From: Nymphaea colorata
Taxonomy: Eukaryota
Assembly (NCBI RefSeq): GCF_008831285.2
Contig: NC_045138.2
Location: forward strand, 10,726,001 to 10,790,000
DNA: 64,000 bases
Reading direction: 5' to 3'
Position 1 is the first letter of the stretch, and each line of letters starts with the position of its first letter. Positions 39,179-53,007 of this stretch are shown piece after piece. The notes under the pieces are model-generated. The model was not told the DNA's origin. It did no database searches and saw only the letters and a list, made by a program, of their open reading frames with translations. Made by a program: the position numbers and the translations under genes.

Positions 39179-40590
39179 TGGTCGGCGGATGAAGACCCCA
39201 CCCCCCTACCAGCCCAAGTTATGAAAGTGGGAACTCCCACTGCAGCTAATTCTTTTTTGTACAAGTAAAAACTATACAAGCAATCATTCTTTGTTTTTTC
39301 CCAGCAGGGGCCAACTTTGGGCCACCGCATCTGTATACAGGCGATTCAATTAAATGTATTCTTTTGTTTTGTACTTTGGAGATTAAACAGCTTAAAATGG
39401 CTCTGGATTCAAATCGCCGTTGTTCGGAATTTGAAATCTAAACAAACCACACTCGGTGTTTCAATCGATCGAAATGGTGGAACATGTCTGTCTCCCACTT
39501 TGAATCCTTGATATGAAAACATCGCATCGTGCAGCTTTTGGTTCAATTCTTCTGATTTGAGCACCTTAATCATCTTGCCACCATGTTCTCTGTTGAGACA
39601 CTGTTTGGTGTTTAGCGACGTCAGCAAGTGGAACACTAGTTATGTCCGTTGTTTCACCAGGGGTAGCTTGAGTTTATACCACCACAGATAACTTCATCCT
39701 TCCTTTCTTTTACTGGCAGCTTCAATAGGATGAAGACCGGATATAGATGCAGGGTAGAAAACTACATAACTCATTCATTCATTCATCAGGGAAGGTTAAC
39801 ATTAACGGTGTGTTTGATTGGGCAGGCAAACACTGTATTGAGGGGGAAACAGTATGGATTTTGCCGCTCCCGCTTCATCAAACAGCTGAAAAAGTTCAAT
39901 TTCGGGTGAAACTTACCACGGTAAATAGTCCGGACCCATGGTAAATAGTCGGACCCATGGATCATATTTGATGTTGCTAAATAGACGTCTAGTTGGTAGG
40001 GTCAACTTAAGGAAATGTAGAGTTGTAGACATATGCAGGGTCTGTTGTCATTCTTGATGGCATGTGGAAAAATAACATTCGAGTAATTATTGAAAAACTA
40101 TAATAAAAAACATGTTCTAACAGTTTGTTATTTGTAAAAGTAACTTTTTTTCTCCTCATCCCCTTACTCACTCATCAAACACCAAAAAGTTTCAACATTC
40201 ATACTTTTTCTAGTTCATTAAATACGCCTCTTTTCAGGTTGAGCTGAAATTTCCCCACTTCCACCATTTACCAAGGGAATTTTCCCCTAGTACAGTTTTC
40301 CCTCAAAATCAGGGTATGCAATCGAATGCTACCTAAGCTACCGCAGATAACTTCACCAATTCCCTCCTCTTTTGACTTGGGAAGAAGCGAATGAGAAGCA
40401 AGAGGTCACACCCTGAAAGAGCTGGTTAATCTGAAAGATGAACGAGATGAGCTTGGTGGTAGTTCCCATTTGTTCCTCCCATATTGTGCAAAACTGTATA
40501 CAAGTGCCAACATAAGCTCCATCAATCTGGTTTGGGAGTTGGACTCAAGAAGTTTCAACCATACTAAAGGTGCATCCCTGCTGACAATCT

Positions 40591-40592
<2 letters not shown>

Positions 40593-40642
<50 letters not shown>
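40593..40642. repeat. (TA)25 microsatellite
   Basis: Direct reading. Confidence 0.9.
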
Positions 40643-40645
<3 letters not shown>

Positions 40646-40782
40646 ACACACACATATGCCCATGCCAATTAAAGTCCGAATCTGTACATTTCAGTATCAG
40701 TCATAACTTTGTTGAGCACCTGTATGATCAGACTCAGTTCTTCAATATTTGTTATGGCACTTCCAAATCGAATGAAAACTGA

Positions 40783-40992
40783 CTTCTATTCAGTTAATAG
40801 CTTTCCCAACTTTCCAAACACTTCTATTCAGTTAATAGCTTTCCCAACTTTCCAAACACCTCCGAAGATCGGCAGTGAGGACAGGAAGTGGCTCTCATTT
40901 CACTTGTCCTAATATACTCTAAAGCTGTTTGGCAGAGGACAGGAAGTGGCTCTCATTTCACTTGTCCTAATATACTCTAAAGCTGTTTGGCA
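40783..40992. repeat. Two adjacent exact tandem duplications (38 bp x2 and 58 bp x2)
   Basis: CTTCTATTCAGTTAATAGCTTTCCCAACTTTCCAAACA x2 (40783-40858) and GAGGACAGGAAG...GCTGTTTGGCA x2 (40877-40992). Confidence 0.92.
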
Positions 40993-41133
40993 CCAGAAAT
41001 AAATTGTTAATGTCCAGACAGCTGCACCAAAATTTGGGACAGATTATGAAGCTATATAGCATAGCATTTCATGAATTTACCCAAAATTTTGGGGCAGAAT
41101 CACTGGATAGTAACAATGAGTACCAAACAGCCT
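40981..41133. mobile_element. Tourist-like MITE, same family
   Basis: GCTGTTTGGCA...TACCAAACAGC termini; internal CCAAAATTTGGG/CATGAA motifs as in the other copies. Confidence 0.6.
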
Positions 41134-42054
41134 TTTAGTAATTTCAGGTGATCGGGACTAGTCTTACAAAGTGCTCATCATTCCCCTTATTTCCTTGGGG
41201 TCCACGCCAGCTTCCATTACGTCAGGGTGCAGGCCATACTGTGCTTACCCTCTTTCTACAGTGCAGGTAAAACTTTTAGTAACTCATTGGGCAAAATGCC
41301 CATGACTATTCAAATTAATAGCAAGCTTCATATTTTATTATTAAAGAAGTAAAGTTTACTATTATCCTTGGCTCTATATAGAAGGCGATAGACAGACCGA
41401 ATGTGGAATTTGAAAAGAATAGCGTGAGGATGCATGTTAAGTTTATTAAGATGCATGATAGATTTCACGCATGTTCTAGGATAAGAACGAAACAATGATT
41501 TTCACTAACTGCTTTGATGTGCCTCCTTCATTCATAGACGAAGGCTTGCAATGTGCTTCACCTTCTAAAATGTACCGTGGTTTCTCCACAACCTTTTTAA
41601 GTCGTTCTCTTTTTTAATCGTCGAGGTTCAGCCTACGTTATGGGCTTATGGCCAGTTCCCTCTGAGATAAACGTTTACACACACACAGATATACATATTG
41701 GCTGAGTGGGGTTTGTTTAAACAGTTTCTGCATAAAACAACAAAAATTATGGTTAATATAACGGGCCCGTTATATAACGGGGGTTCAAATTTGCAAGAGG
41801 TTGCAAGGAACTAAAAGACATGCTAAAAATGTCACAACACAAATATACCTGTTTCATATAAATGGCAAACCACCTTCAATATTGAGGTAACATTGCGCCA
41901 AAAAAGGACTGGCAAGTAACGAATTGACCCAAAATCCTACCTAAGTGCATGATATAATAGATCCCAACTCATGCCTATTGTTAGATTTAATTGACACCCT
42001 GGCAGTCTATGAACTAAGATATTTGCTATTGTTGTAGCTACACACGCCATAAAT

Positions 42055-42575
42055 TGTCGCTAAAAACACCATAAACTATTACCACTGATCTTACTGTTTT
42101 TATTGCACCATATTTTTAAAGACGGTTTTTAAATATTTTATCATCCAACAACATTCAGCAGCAGACTCATGATTTTTTCCCTAATATATAGTAAATTAAA
42201 TTAAAATCTATTGGCTGCTAGTTGTTTCTCGATGACTATACATTTAATTGAAGTGGCTAAATGTAGTATAAACCATCCTTAAAAACACCATATACTATCA
42301 CTATATCATAAACCCCAGCTAACGCTTGCCTAGTGTTTTTAGAGATTTTTTAAATATTTTATCATCTGGCAGCATGTGGCAGCCAACCAATTTCAATTCC
42401 TAATATATAAGAAATTTGAAATATGCTGGCTGTCGAATGTTGCCCGATGACTAAATATTTAAAAGCTATAGTTGAATGCACTATAAACTGTTGCTAAAAG
42501 AACACCATAAATCGTCACTAGTACTTCCATTGCATGGCATTTTTAGCGATAATTTTTAAATATTTTGTCTTCTAA
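42055..42575. repeat. About 220-bp tandem units (~2.3 copies), each with an internal inverted repeat; foldback/MULE-like
   Basis: AACACCATA...TTTTTAAATATTTT recurs at about 42062, 42282 and 42500; arms 42349-42385 and 42427-42463 are largely complementary. Confidence 0.65.
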
Positions 42576-44558
42576 TGACGTCCAATACCGTGGGGCTTGG
42601 TGGGGTTGGTTGTGGAAGCTTCACCACCCCTACAAAAAATTTGCCGGCGATGTCTTAGGGAGGCTCCCGGATGGTCCATGACCTCCGGCGAGTACTGGCT
42701 GGGCGTCATCAGCACCCATCAGTGGAGGTGGCAGCCTCCGTTTGCAAGATGTCAAGCCCTGGTGGCATCATTCCTTGTCAAGCCCTGGTGGCATCATTCC
42801 TCATGCCTCCTATATATATAAAAACTGGATTTCTTAACTTTATGCACAAAAATGTTTCAAACAAAATGTGGACCTCTTAATGTGTTTATAAACACTAAGT
42901 TAATATAAACAATGTTGTAGTTCAAGTTATTTTTGTAAAGAACGGTTTACTGTCCACTATCAAAATTTCATTTTTCGATGATTAAAAAACATTATTAAAG
43001 TAAAAAAAATGACCAACTTAATATATGTTTCTTACCAAATCACTCTTAAGATCATATCTACAAGGTTAGATTGCAAAAAATAAGTTTTAACAATTAATTT
43101 TAGTGGGTCTTGTTTTTTCCCTTTTCCAAGTACTAATCTGGTTCTTACTAACTTTCACATACACACATATATATATATATGGGAAAGTTGATAACCCAGC
43201 TAATGCTACCCAAGCCCGGGCCTGAAAAATAGGGCATCGGGACGGCCTGATAAGTCTGGGTGGCCCGGGCTGGCCCAATGCGCAGGCTTAAATCCAACTG
43301 CTTGACCCCAGTGCAATATTTGGTTTCCTTTGCCACTATATGCATGGGAGTTTAGTTTTGATTGGGTGCCCAAGCTAGCACATGAATGCTTGTAAGTCTG
43401 ACCTCCTGGCAGGTCCAATTAATGAATAGCAAGTTAATAGCCGAGTTACAAAGCTTTTGTTATATAATTTTCAAAGAAATTCTTAGTTACACACAGAGAA
43501 ATGAATCGAATATTGTTTTAATGGATCATTGGATTGTATCACTTTATTTTTCTCTTCTTTAATTCAGCTAATTTTTTGTGGCTGACCCCTCAGGGATGTT
43601 GAAGGGACTTGAATGTGTTATTTGCATGCTTGAGTTGACATTGCAAATTCATTTGCAGTTACTTTACTCGTTAAAATTTTGGCGCTTTTTGATGTACTAG
43701 TGGTTAATTTTATTTGCTTGGGATCCATTTAGTTTATATATAAGAATTCATTGATGCTAATGTCACTTTCCACAGGCATTGCTTGTCCTGCATTTGGCGG
43801 GTTGTATTTAAACACAATTTTGTTGAAGAAGGATCAAAGTATAAGGCATCTTAAATTTATTCACACTCGACAAGGTTCTATACACATATAGCTAGATGGA
43901 TTTGGATAATGCTTCTAAAGGAAATCCAATGAGCTTCCATACCTAGGTTGAGTATCCTCTAACTTGGGCTAGAGTGGTGGAAGACACTTTCCCGCTAAGC
44001 AAGGGAGGTGATATTCTAGGATGTGTTACATCGAGGAAGATCTAGTTAGGACATGTCAAACAAACACCCTTATTATGTTGGCAATTTGACATGTTTGAAA
44101 ACTCAAACTGTTTTCTTTTTACAAGGAGAAGTACCTTTTTACCTACTTGTTTGTTATTGAATTATAGTGAAATAGACATGATTCTTTCCCTAGCATTATA
44201 TTAGTTTCATAATGTACAAAAAAACGTCATTTCCATAATTTCGCAGATGGTAGATTATCACATTTCAAGTGTGGCTCCAATGAGGTGTATGAAAACTGTG
44301 ACGATCAAGGAATAACAATAATGTTTAGCAACACATGAAAACTGGGAAAATAGTTTTGCCTCTCATGAGATAGGGGTCATGTACTTCAGAAAAATGTATT
44401 GGTGCATAATATGTCAAATTAGTAATTGGCAGAATGTAACCATTGGGCTTAATTTTTACCTTCCAAACAGTGAGGCTGATATCAAACTGTCTACTACTAA
44501 TGATGCAGAGGGGGAGATAAACAAGCACATGGGATCTAAGCTGTTAGCTTTAGATAGA

Positions 44559-45239
44559 TAGGCCTGAACACAAGCTGAGCCAAGCATGGCTAGACACCTG
44601 AAATATTCGGCTTTACCTTGGCTCAAACTCCATTTGAGCTCACTAAATTATGCTCAAGCGCGGCTCGGTAATACATTTATATAACTCTCGACTCGTTAAA
44701 CTCGTTTATTTGATTTTCAAACTTTTAATCAAAATTTTCCGTGAACTTTACCAAGGGAAAAAGCCTTAAAATGATGACTAACATGGATGAGAGAGAAACC
44801 AAGCATGGTTTTGCACTGAAAAAGAGAATTAAATGAGATAGACTGCATTGTCAAATAGAGAAAAATACATAGAAAGGAGTTGCTAGAGAGAGAATACATC
44901 CATTGCCAATAGAGAGAGAAAGAAATGATAAATTAATATGTTACAGAGAGAGAGTAATTAATGGACAGAGAGACAGTGAATTAAATGAGAGAGAGAGAGA
45001 GAGTAATTAATGGACAGAGAGACAGTGAGTTAAATGAGAGAGAGAGAGAGGGAGAGGATGCACGACCCTGAGTTTTGTTCCATCAAGTCCGTCTTAAGTG
45101 AGCTCAAGCTCGACTTGGTTGAACAAGTGAGTTCCGATAAAGGCTCAAATTCAACTCATTTGTGAAATGAGTCAGCTTGAATTCAGGCTCCAGACGAGCT
45201 TTACCGAGTCGAGGCTACTTAACTCATTGTTCAGGCCTA
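44559..45239. mobile_element. Non-autonomous hAT element
   Basis: Perfect 12-bp TIR TAGGCCTGAACA...TGTTCAGGCCTA; subterminal GAGCTC/CTCGA motifs; near-TSD GCTTTAGA(+TAGA) versus GCTCTAGA. Confidence 0.82.
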
Positions 45240-48200
45240 GCTCTAGATGGACCTTGACAAAGGCACTCTTTTCCACCATTGGGTTTCCTGAGCATGGCTA
45301 GGAAGCCATTGATGATCATGTGTGTTGTCCTTGATCCAAGGAAGAGCCCATTCCAAGATGAGAAGAGGGCAGTAAATCTTGGCATTTGTAGCAGGAGGTC
45401 TATTGAGCAAGATTCTAGAAATTTGCTGCCATTAGAGGTTGAGTAGATCAATTGCAAAATTAAAATCAAGATTTTACAGGCAGATGAAAATCTCCTTCTG
45501 TTGAGTAGTTGTAGGCTATTTTATCAAGCTTCTTTGAAAGTCAGCATAAATTAAAACATGCATTCAAGGAACTTGGGAAATTACAACAAGGCCATGCATC
45601 CCCTGGATTTAAAACTCTTGGCAGAGGGGATTTTTTTGATAAAAGTTTTAACGAGAAAGTAGAATCGAATTTTGCCATTTTTCTTTGGGACTACCATAAT
45701 GTTTGCTAACCATTCATGATAGTCAATTGTTCAGATGAATCCTTAGTAGGTTTTCTAGGCCCTCCTTAACTTGCCCCTCAAGACGAGGGCCTAGTTTCCT
45801 CAACTTTTGTCTGATTGGCTTACATTTTGGTTTCAATGGAAGTCGATGCTCAACTAATTTTATAACAAGTTTTGACATGTCTTTATAAGTCCACGTAAAG
45901 GCTTGATGCTTTTCGAGGAAGTCTATCAATTTTTCTCTTTCCTCTATCGAGGGACTTGTTCTAATTTGCAAAATCTTTGGATTCTTTTCTATACCAATGT
46001 TAGTTTCCGCAATTGAGTCATTAACCAAAGGTGATGGTTGATCTTGTCTTTTTATTTGGATGAACTCTGGACATTCTGCCTCGTTGAGTTCTGGATTTAC
46101 CTCCTCGAAGGCTTTTATTATTTTATCCTTAGGTGCCATCCTAAAGATGATAAAAAGGTCAGATGGAATTTGAGATACTTTATATGGAAATAAATTGCAT
46201 ATGTCATTGCATATTTGAAGGTATTACAAAATAAAGACACTTGGTCTATTGGAGTACAATGACAACAATGACAAAATGATGACTGGATGACAAAATGATA
46301 GCAGACTTGTTGATTCAAATTGATGGTGAACATCTGCCTATGGTGTTGCTCTTGACGAGAGGTACTGACTTGAATTCTTCTTCGGTATCCACTTTTTCAT
46401 AACTTTGACATTTCAAGACTTGAGTGCCTCATTGTCCTACTAAGGTAATTGGCTCTAAGATTCCATTTTCAAGTTTCCCAAGGCCAGTGAATGGCTGGTA
46501 GCCATGGCGTATGAGTAAATCCAATCCTTTCTTATTCTGGCAGAAATGTTTGAATAATGGATGATTTTTGTAACTTGTTTCAGGCTTGGTACCTTTTTTT
46601 TCCACATTGTTTTTTGCTTTTGAATAGCTAATTTGCTAAGACCTTGAGATATTTCTTCTTCTTTGCATACTCGAATATTAGGTACTTCAATTGTATATAT
46701 TGGTACCAGAATCATTGGATGCACAAAACGATTCTTCTTGTCCTCTACATAGACTGTTATAGTATTCATGTTGTGAGTCCACTAGACGCACTAATTTAGA
46801 GTAGAAAGAACTGCATTGGTAGCATGGATCCACGGTCTGCCAAGCAATAGGTTGAATGAGGGTTCTATATCCACCACATGAAATAAAACCTTGTGATATG
46901 TCTGAGAGATATTTATATCAGGACATATACAACCCATACAAGGTTGTCTCATTCAGTTATATCCATGAATGAAAATTGATGACGAGGTATAGTCGGTTTG
47001 CTTTATGCCTACTGTATAAGCTGTTTGCTATGGACAGATGTTCATGCTTGCTCCTCCATTGATTAAAACATGGGAGACTCTCATGCTCTGTGTTTCTACT
47101 ACCATGTGCAAGACATCATTATGCGATGCACATTTATTTGGTAGATCTTTATTAGGAAATGTGATTGGACCATTTTTGTATAGTTAGAAAGCCCATTCAT
47201 TTCCCCAGTTCGGGCTGAATCCTTCCTTTTTGACTTCAGGTAAGGGGTCTAATTCCTTGAAAATGGATTCCAAAAGTTCAAGATCTTATATTTGTGACTT
47301 TTGATTGATCTCTGTCTGACTGTCTTGTTTTCCCGACCCGATTTGTGCATTGACAGATCCCTTGTCATGTTTGAAAAGTAACCCAAAAAAACCCAAAGTC
47401 ACTTTATCCCTTTTGTTTTCTACCACAACTTGGTGATTTGTTGAAAACCTAACCATTGCAACTATTCCTTTCCCATGTTTAGGACAAGGGTTTTTGAGGA
47501 TGTCTAGTTATTCGCTGACCTCCTTGATGATTTTTTTGTCGACTGCATCTTGTGCAATATTTTTGAGTACAAGACAATCTTTTGTATCGTGTCTTGGAGC
47601 ACGTTGAAATTTGCAGAACTGTTTTTTGTTTTTTCCCTTCATTGGTGGAGGGTTGAAGACTTTTTGGGAGGAATAGAGTGCTTCTTTCAATCAGTATGTG
47701 CATGACTTCTTCATAACTATGTTCTAATGGGATGAATTTTTTGTTGTATCTCCACCCAAGATGTTTGTTTTTGGTGCCACTACTACTGCTGCTAGCTTTG
47801 TCTGCTACCCCTTTATTCTTGGGATAGTCTGACCTTTCTTTTTTGAAGGCGGCGGCATTGGCTATGATGTTGGCCTGAGTGTTTTGACTCATACTATTCT
47901 TCTTTGTATCTTTCCTAACCTTTATCGGGATGACGACATTAAAAGCTCCATTTGTAATTCTTGCATCGATGCATTCTGCTCTTTCGGGTAAGATCAATGA
48001 AAGATTTGATTGGAACATTAGGAATGAGACTCCTCAGTGATTGTGTCAAATTGTTGTTAACTAGTCCTAGTGCCTAGGATTGGAAAATTGGGTCTCTTAT
48101 CTTATTGCAAGAAGACCTCCATCTTTGAATAAAGTCCCTGACCTTCTCACCTAGCTTCTATTTCAGATAACATAATATGGTGATTGTTGGTGCAGTTTCG

Positions 48201-49149
48201 ACATTGTAGATGAACCTTTCAATGAAAAGGTTGATTAGTTTGTCAAAATTTTTTCAACTCAATTGAATTGATGTGCTCCCGATACCACTATGTTGCAATT
48301 CCTTTCAAGCTCATTGGGAAGCATCGAAAGAGAGCTCTATGATTGTGGTGAAATTTATAGCATTCCACGAAGAACATGGCGAAATGTGCCTTTAGGTCTC
48401 TATGGTCATCAAATTTGATAAATTTCTCAGACAAGTGTTTTTATATGCTTGTCGTTTTCAAAACTTCATAGAAATCTTTGCATGTGAAATTCCTTTTGTT
48501 CTTGCTTTTGAGTTGAACTGCGTTCAACTTCGTTTCAACTTCCTAAATTTTTGCTTTTCAGGATTCACTTCTTCTTTTTTTTGAGAATCTTTGGTTCTTC
48601 CTCACTACTGGATTCTGTGGTAGCATCTTTAGAAGAATCAAAACTGCTCGACAAAGACTTTGTTGTTTTCTTCTCTTTCTTCTTGGCTCTTGTTGTTTTC
48701 TTCTCTTTCTTCTTGGCTCTCTCTGCCTGGGCTTGGTCTTCATTGAACATAATCATGTATCTTCAGAATTTCTTGTATTCTTCATATTCTGCATCATTTG
48801 CTTCTGTCTTAGGAGGTGTCTCTGAAGAGGATTCTTCTCCCTTATCTCCCATGAAAGCTTGTTTGAGTTCCATTTCGATCCTCCTTCTTTGTTGGCCTCT
48901 AGTCTCGACCATAAAGCAGACGTTCACTTTGTAAGAAGAAAAATTAAAAATGTCAGGATTTGAATTGATGATAAACAATTTGTACAAATGACAAAATGAC
49001 AAATTTTGACTGCATATTGAAAGGACAATGAGATTGACAAGACTTAACAATGTTCAACACAACTTGACAAAACTTGACAAAAAATTGACTTGGCTAACCA
49101 TAATGAACTAGACATGATGATCAAGGATAGATGGGCGGACTTCATGCCA

Positions 49150-50300
49150 CCATTTTAATATTCAGGCCCCATTCCTGGACCAAGGATAAGATATAAATGA
49201 GCAAATGATTCCCAATGTTGTTGGGCATAGGTGCATATCCCGGACCACTCTTCGGTATCCAGTTCACACTCCACAATGGCTTCCTCTGACTCAATTGGAT
49301 ATGCTTTCCTTTGACGTAGTGAGAACTGTCACAGGCAACGCTCTGAATGATATTCAACTATGAAAAATGGTTCCAATAGAAGACTTCCTCTGACTGGGTT
49401 GGAGGTGTATCTTGACTTGATGACTTCTCGATCAAAGAAGTCTCAAATGATGGTAGAGTCATTCACTTCCTCCATCTTCCTACGGTAGTGATCCATACTG
49501 GATAACTGGCCGTCAGTGTCATGAAAATGGCATGATTGTGGTCCCACTTTTGTAGAACCATGCTTGTAATGTGAAGACACATCCGTCTATCGAGTCTGTA
49601 TCCCAAATTGAGAATTTGGTCGATCATCGGTAAAGGAATGCCAAGACTGCCATTGCTATGGATACGTGATAGACGTTGACATGCCCTCATTTTCTGAAAA
49701 GGCGAGTTGTGCGAAAATCCATTATGTGTTCTTCATTGTTGAAGAAGATGGGACCCGCGGTACAAGTTACAATGGAGTTTTTGTACTTGTCTATGACACT
49801 TCTAGATAGTGAAGCAGGGTTGACATACTGGGAATATGTTTCACCAAGTTCTTGTAGTTGGAGGTATTGATGTCCATCTTTTTTAGAAAGGGCCAGCTCC
49901 ATTTTCCCATGAGTTTATGGATTACTTCTACAACTTTGACTTGGCCTTGATTCATAAGGAACTAGTTTTCAATTGGTCCTCTTTGGTCACCTTTTGACTC
50001 TAGCAAACCCATAATGTCAAAAAATTCATCTAGAGTAATTGTCATTTCACTCCATGGGAACTAGAATGTATGGTCCTTGGGTTCCATCTTTCGGCAATTG
50101 CATGGCAAGATTGACTACTTCTTCGAGACAACAATCTTCTAAGTGGTCCAGGAACATACACTGAAAAGTTGGGTACCATGAAAAATACAATTGAGGTAGG
50201 TAGACTCCACTTGGGATGATGCGAAGTCTGGATTGACCTTGACACGATCCGAATAGGATGTGGTCATATGGGAAAATGAATTTTGAGTCCATCGGGACGA
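49150..50300 (-). pseudogene. Disrupted Plant Mobile Domain (PMD, MAIN/MAIL-like) ORF inside the retrotransposon
   Basis: Across frameshifts: AIAERWNPRT/HTF*FPWSEMTITLDEFFDIMGL (~50010-50110) and AMAVLAFLYR*...DGCVFTLQAWFY (~49550-49660), matching PMD hallmark motifs. Confidence 0.8.
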
Positions 50301-51075
50301 GAAAAAGTATTAGTTGTTCGACATAAATTGACCCGATAGAGACTCGAGAAGAGTTTTGGTATTGGGTTTGGACATGGGTTTGGAGACAAAGTAAAACATT
50401 ACATCTCACGCATCCAAATAAGCATTAATGAAAATTGATAATGCAATCTCTAGGACCTTTTCCTGTATGCATTGTTTTGAAAACTTATCTTAGAATCTAT
50501 GGAGAATAAATGGGTGAATTGTTCTTGATTTATCCAAAATTCAAAGTGTGCCTATATACTGAATTTATGGAACTGACATAGACTCCTCTGAGAGGTTTTC
50601 TAGATTTCTGCTTTCCAATTCTCCTTGTTCACCCATCAATATACTTGGACTATTGTTCATTCGGTACTAATGGGGGGACTTCTTACTCAAATTGGGTGGT
50701 CCAGTTGTAAGGCTATATCTTTGACTAATGTCTTAGAAATAGTCCGACAACATGATGACCTGAATATGACATAGGTAAAGATTTGTTTTTTTCAAAATTT
50801 AAGAGAAGATGCAAAATAGATAGCTTCATTGCATACATTTCAAATAATAAATTTAAAAATTTAAGAGCATACATGGGTCTCATACATCTCCTAGATTGAG
50901 GAGGGGTAGGATAAAACAAAGGGGTTTATGAAATCTCCTCAATGCATACTAACATGATGCCGGCATGCATGTTTATGAAAAGTTTTATGCAATTGATATC
51001 CAACATTGTAAAAATAACTTGTATATGATCCAATAAATCCTTAGACAAATGAAGATGGGCACCAGGTATGTCATC

Positions 51076-52955
51076 TGTTCGAAACCCACCCCATCTTCGG
51101 GAGCGTCGAAATGCGAATAAGCAAAAATTCTTTTTAAATTGAGATTTTGAGGAAAATTTCAAGAAAAAGGAATCCGCCCATCGGTACGAGGTCCAACCAT
51201 TCCTGCCACCTTTACCAAGGGTAATTAGACCAAAGATTAAGGATCATTTGGATCATGTACGAGTTATTGATACAAATCTTATATGTTTGTGCATTCGGAT
51301 TCAAGAATCAAAGTTCATCTTGAATAAGTGATTTATTTTTGAAAATAAATTCCTTGAAAAATGATTTGAAAAGTTGTTTGAAGATTAGAGGGTTTTCAAA
51401 TTGATTTCAAAACCTTTGTTTTGTCATTTGTTTTGAAATCCATGATTCTTGAAAGTGGTTTTAATTGGGGATTTTAAAAATTGGAATTGAAATCATTGTT
51501 GAGAACTCAAGATGATTTTTGGGTTGAAATTGTGATAGTTTTGTGACCATTTTTTGTGAAAATGGCTAAGTTACCTTAGCAAGCAAAATTGATTTTGAAT
51601 TCTTCTTTGCCAAATTATGTGATTTGGTCTAAGATACTAAAAACTTGGGGTTTGATTAGGTAGAGTTCATTCTTTTGATGAAACATAGGTTTCAAATTGT
51701 TAGAAAACATGTTGTTTTCTAAACATATTTTAGCCAAAATTATAAATGTATTGCTTGTATTTTCTTTGAAAGTTAAGTGAAGTTTAAAAATTCTTGTTGC
51801 AATGTGACTTTGTCATCTTTTACAACTCAAATTTGGATCACCTAATTTATTGATAAAGTGCATGTGGTGCTATTGACTTTAAGTAAGTGTGAATATGTGA
51901 AATGAGAAGGAAATCCATATAAAACATTTATCCTTCACTCTCTCATAATCTCTCAAAATTCATACATTTGGAACATTTGTACTTTTACTCTCTCATAATC
52001 TCTCAAAGTCTATTCATATGAAATTACACCTTTCAATCTACACATAAAAATTGATTTTAATTAAAATGTAGGACTTTCCTTAAATGTGTTCATCATATTC
52101 GTAAGCACAAGTGTTAGAGATGCAGTCCATAAGCTTAAGTCATAGATGATAATTTTAAAACAATTAAAAATTAGGCAAATGAAGATGAAATCAATCTTTA
52201 AAACATAGGGAAAACGTGGATATCATTTGTTTTCCTCAAAATTGTCAAAAAAATCAGATTTTATTCTGATTTAAATGGTTTAAATTTAAAATGTTGATCC
52301 TAAGAGTGTTTGACCCTTAGAAAATGATGAAATTCAGTTTATCTACATATGAACTAAACATCCAAGTCAACCCAAAAGCATATGCTACATGCTTCTCATT
52401 CATGTCATGAAGTTTCAAGAACCTTTCTTTCTCAGTAAAATAAAAAAAAATTCAAGATTCTTGTGTTAAAAGATCCGTCCATTTCTTGGACTATTAAAAC
52501 ACTTTTGATCATGTTCTTGAGACTTAATCAATTAGATGTAAGTTTGGAAAATTGATGAATCAAATGAGAAATTTCTAAAAGATTTTTAGATAGTCGATTA
52601 GGTATAATTAAAACTTTTCATTGTTGTACAAGACATAGCTACTTTGTGGCTGAATATTAGTATTACAAGCATGTAAACTTTGAAATTCTTAAACTAATAT
52701 TTGTAAAATATGATCTAATCTCAGCAACTTGCATACACTTTATGTATGAATTGATGGAAAATTTTAAGATGCAATAAAAACGATTTTATGACTTTGCATC
52801 ACAAAAATTGACAAAATGATCCCCTTTTCTTAAAACCGACTTGAAAACATGTTCCAACCTGATTTGAGAAGAGAAACATGACTCTTAACAAGAGGTCACA
52901 CGTGCATATATATATAACAATATATATATATATATATAACAATATATATATATAT

Positions 52956-53007
<52 letters not shown>

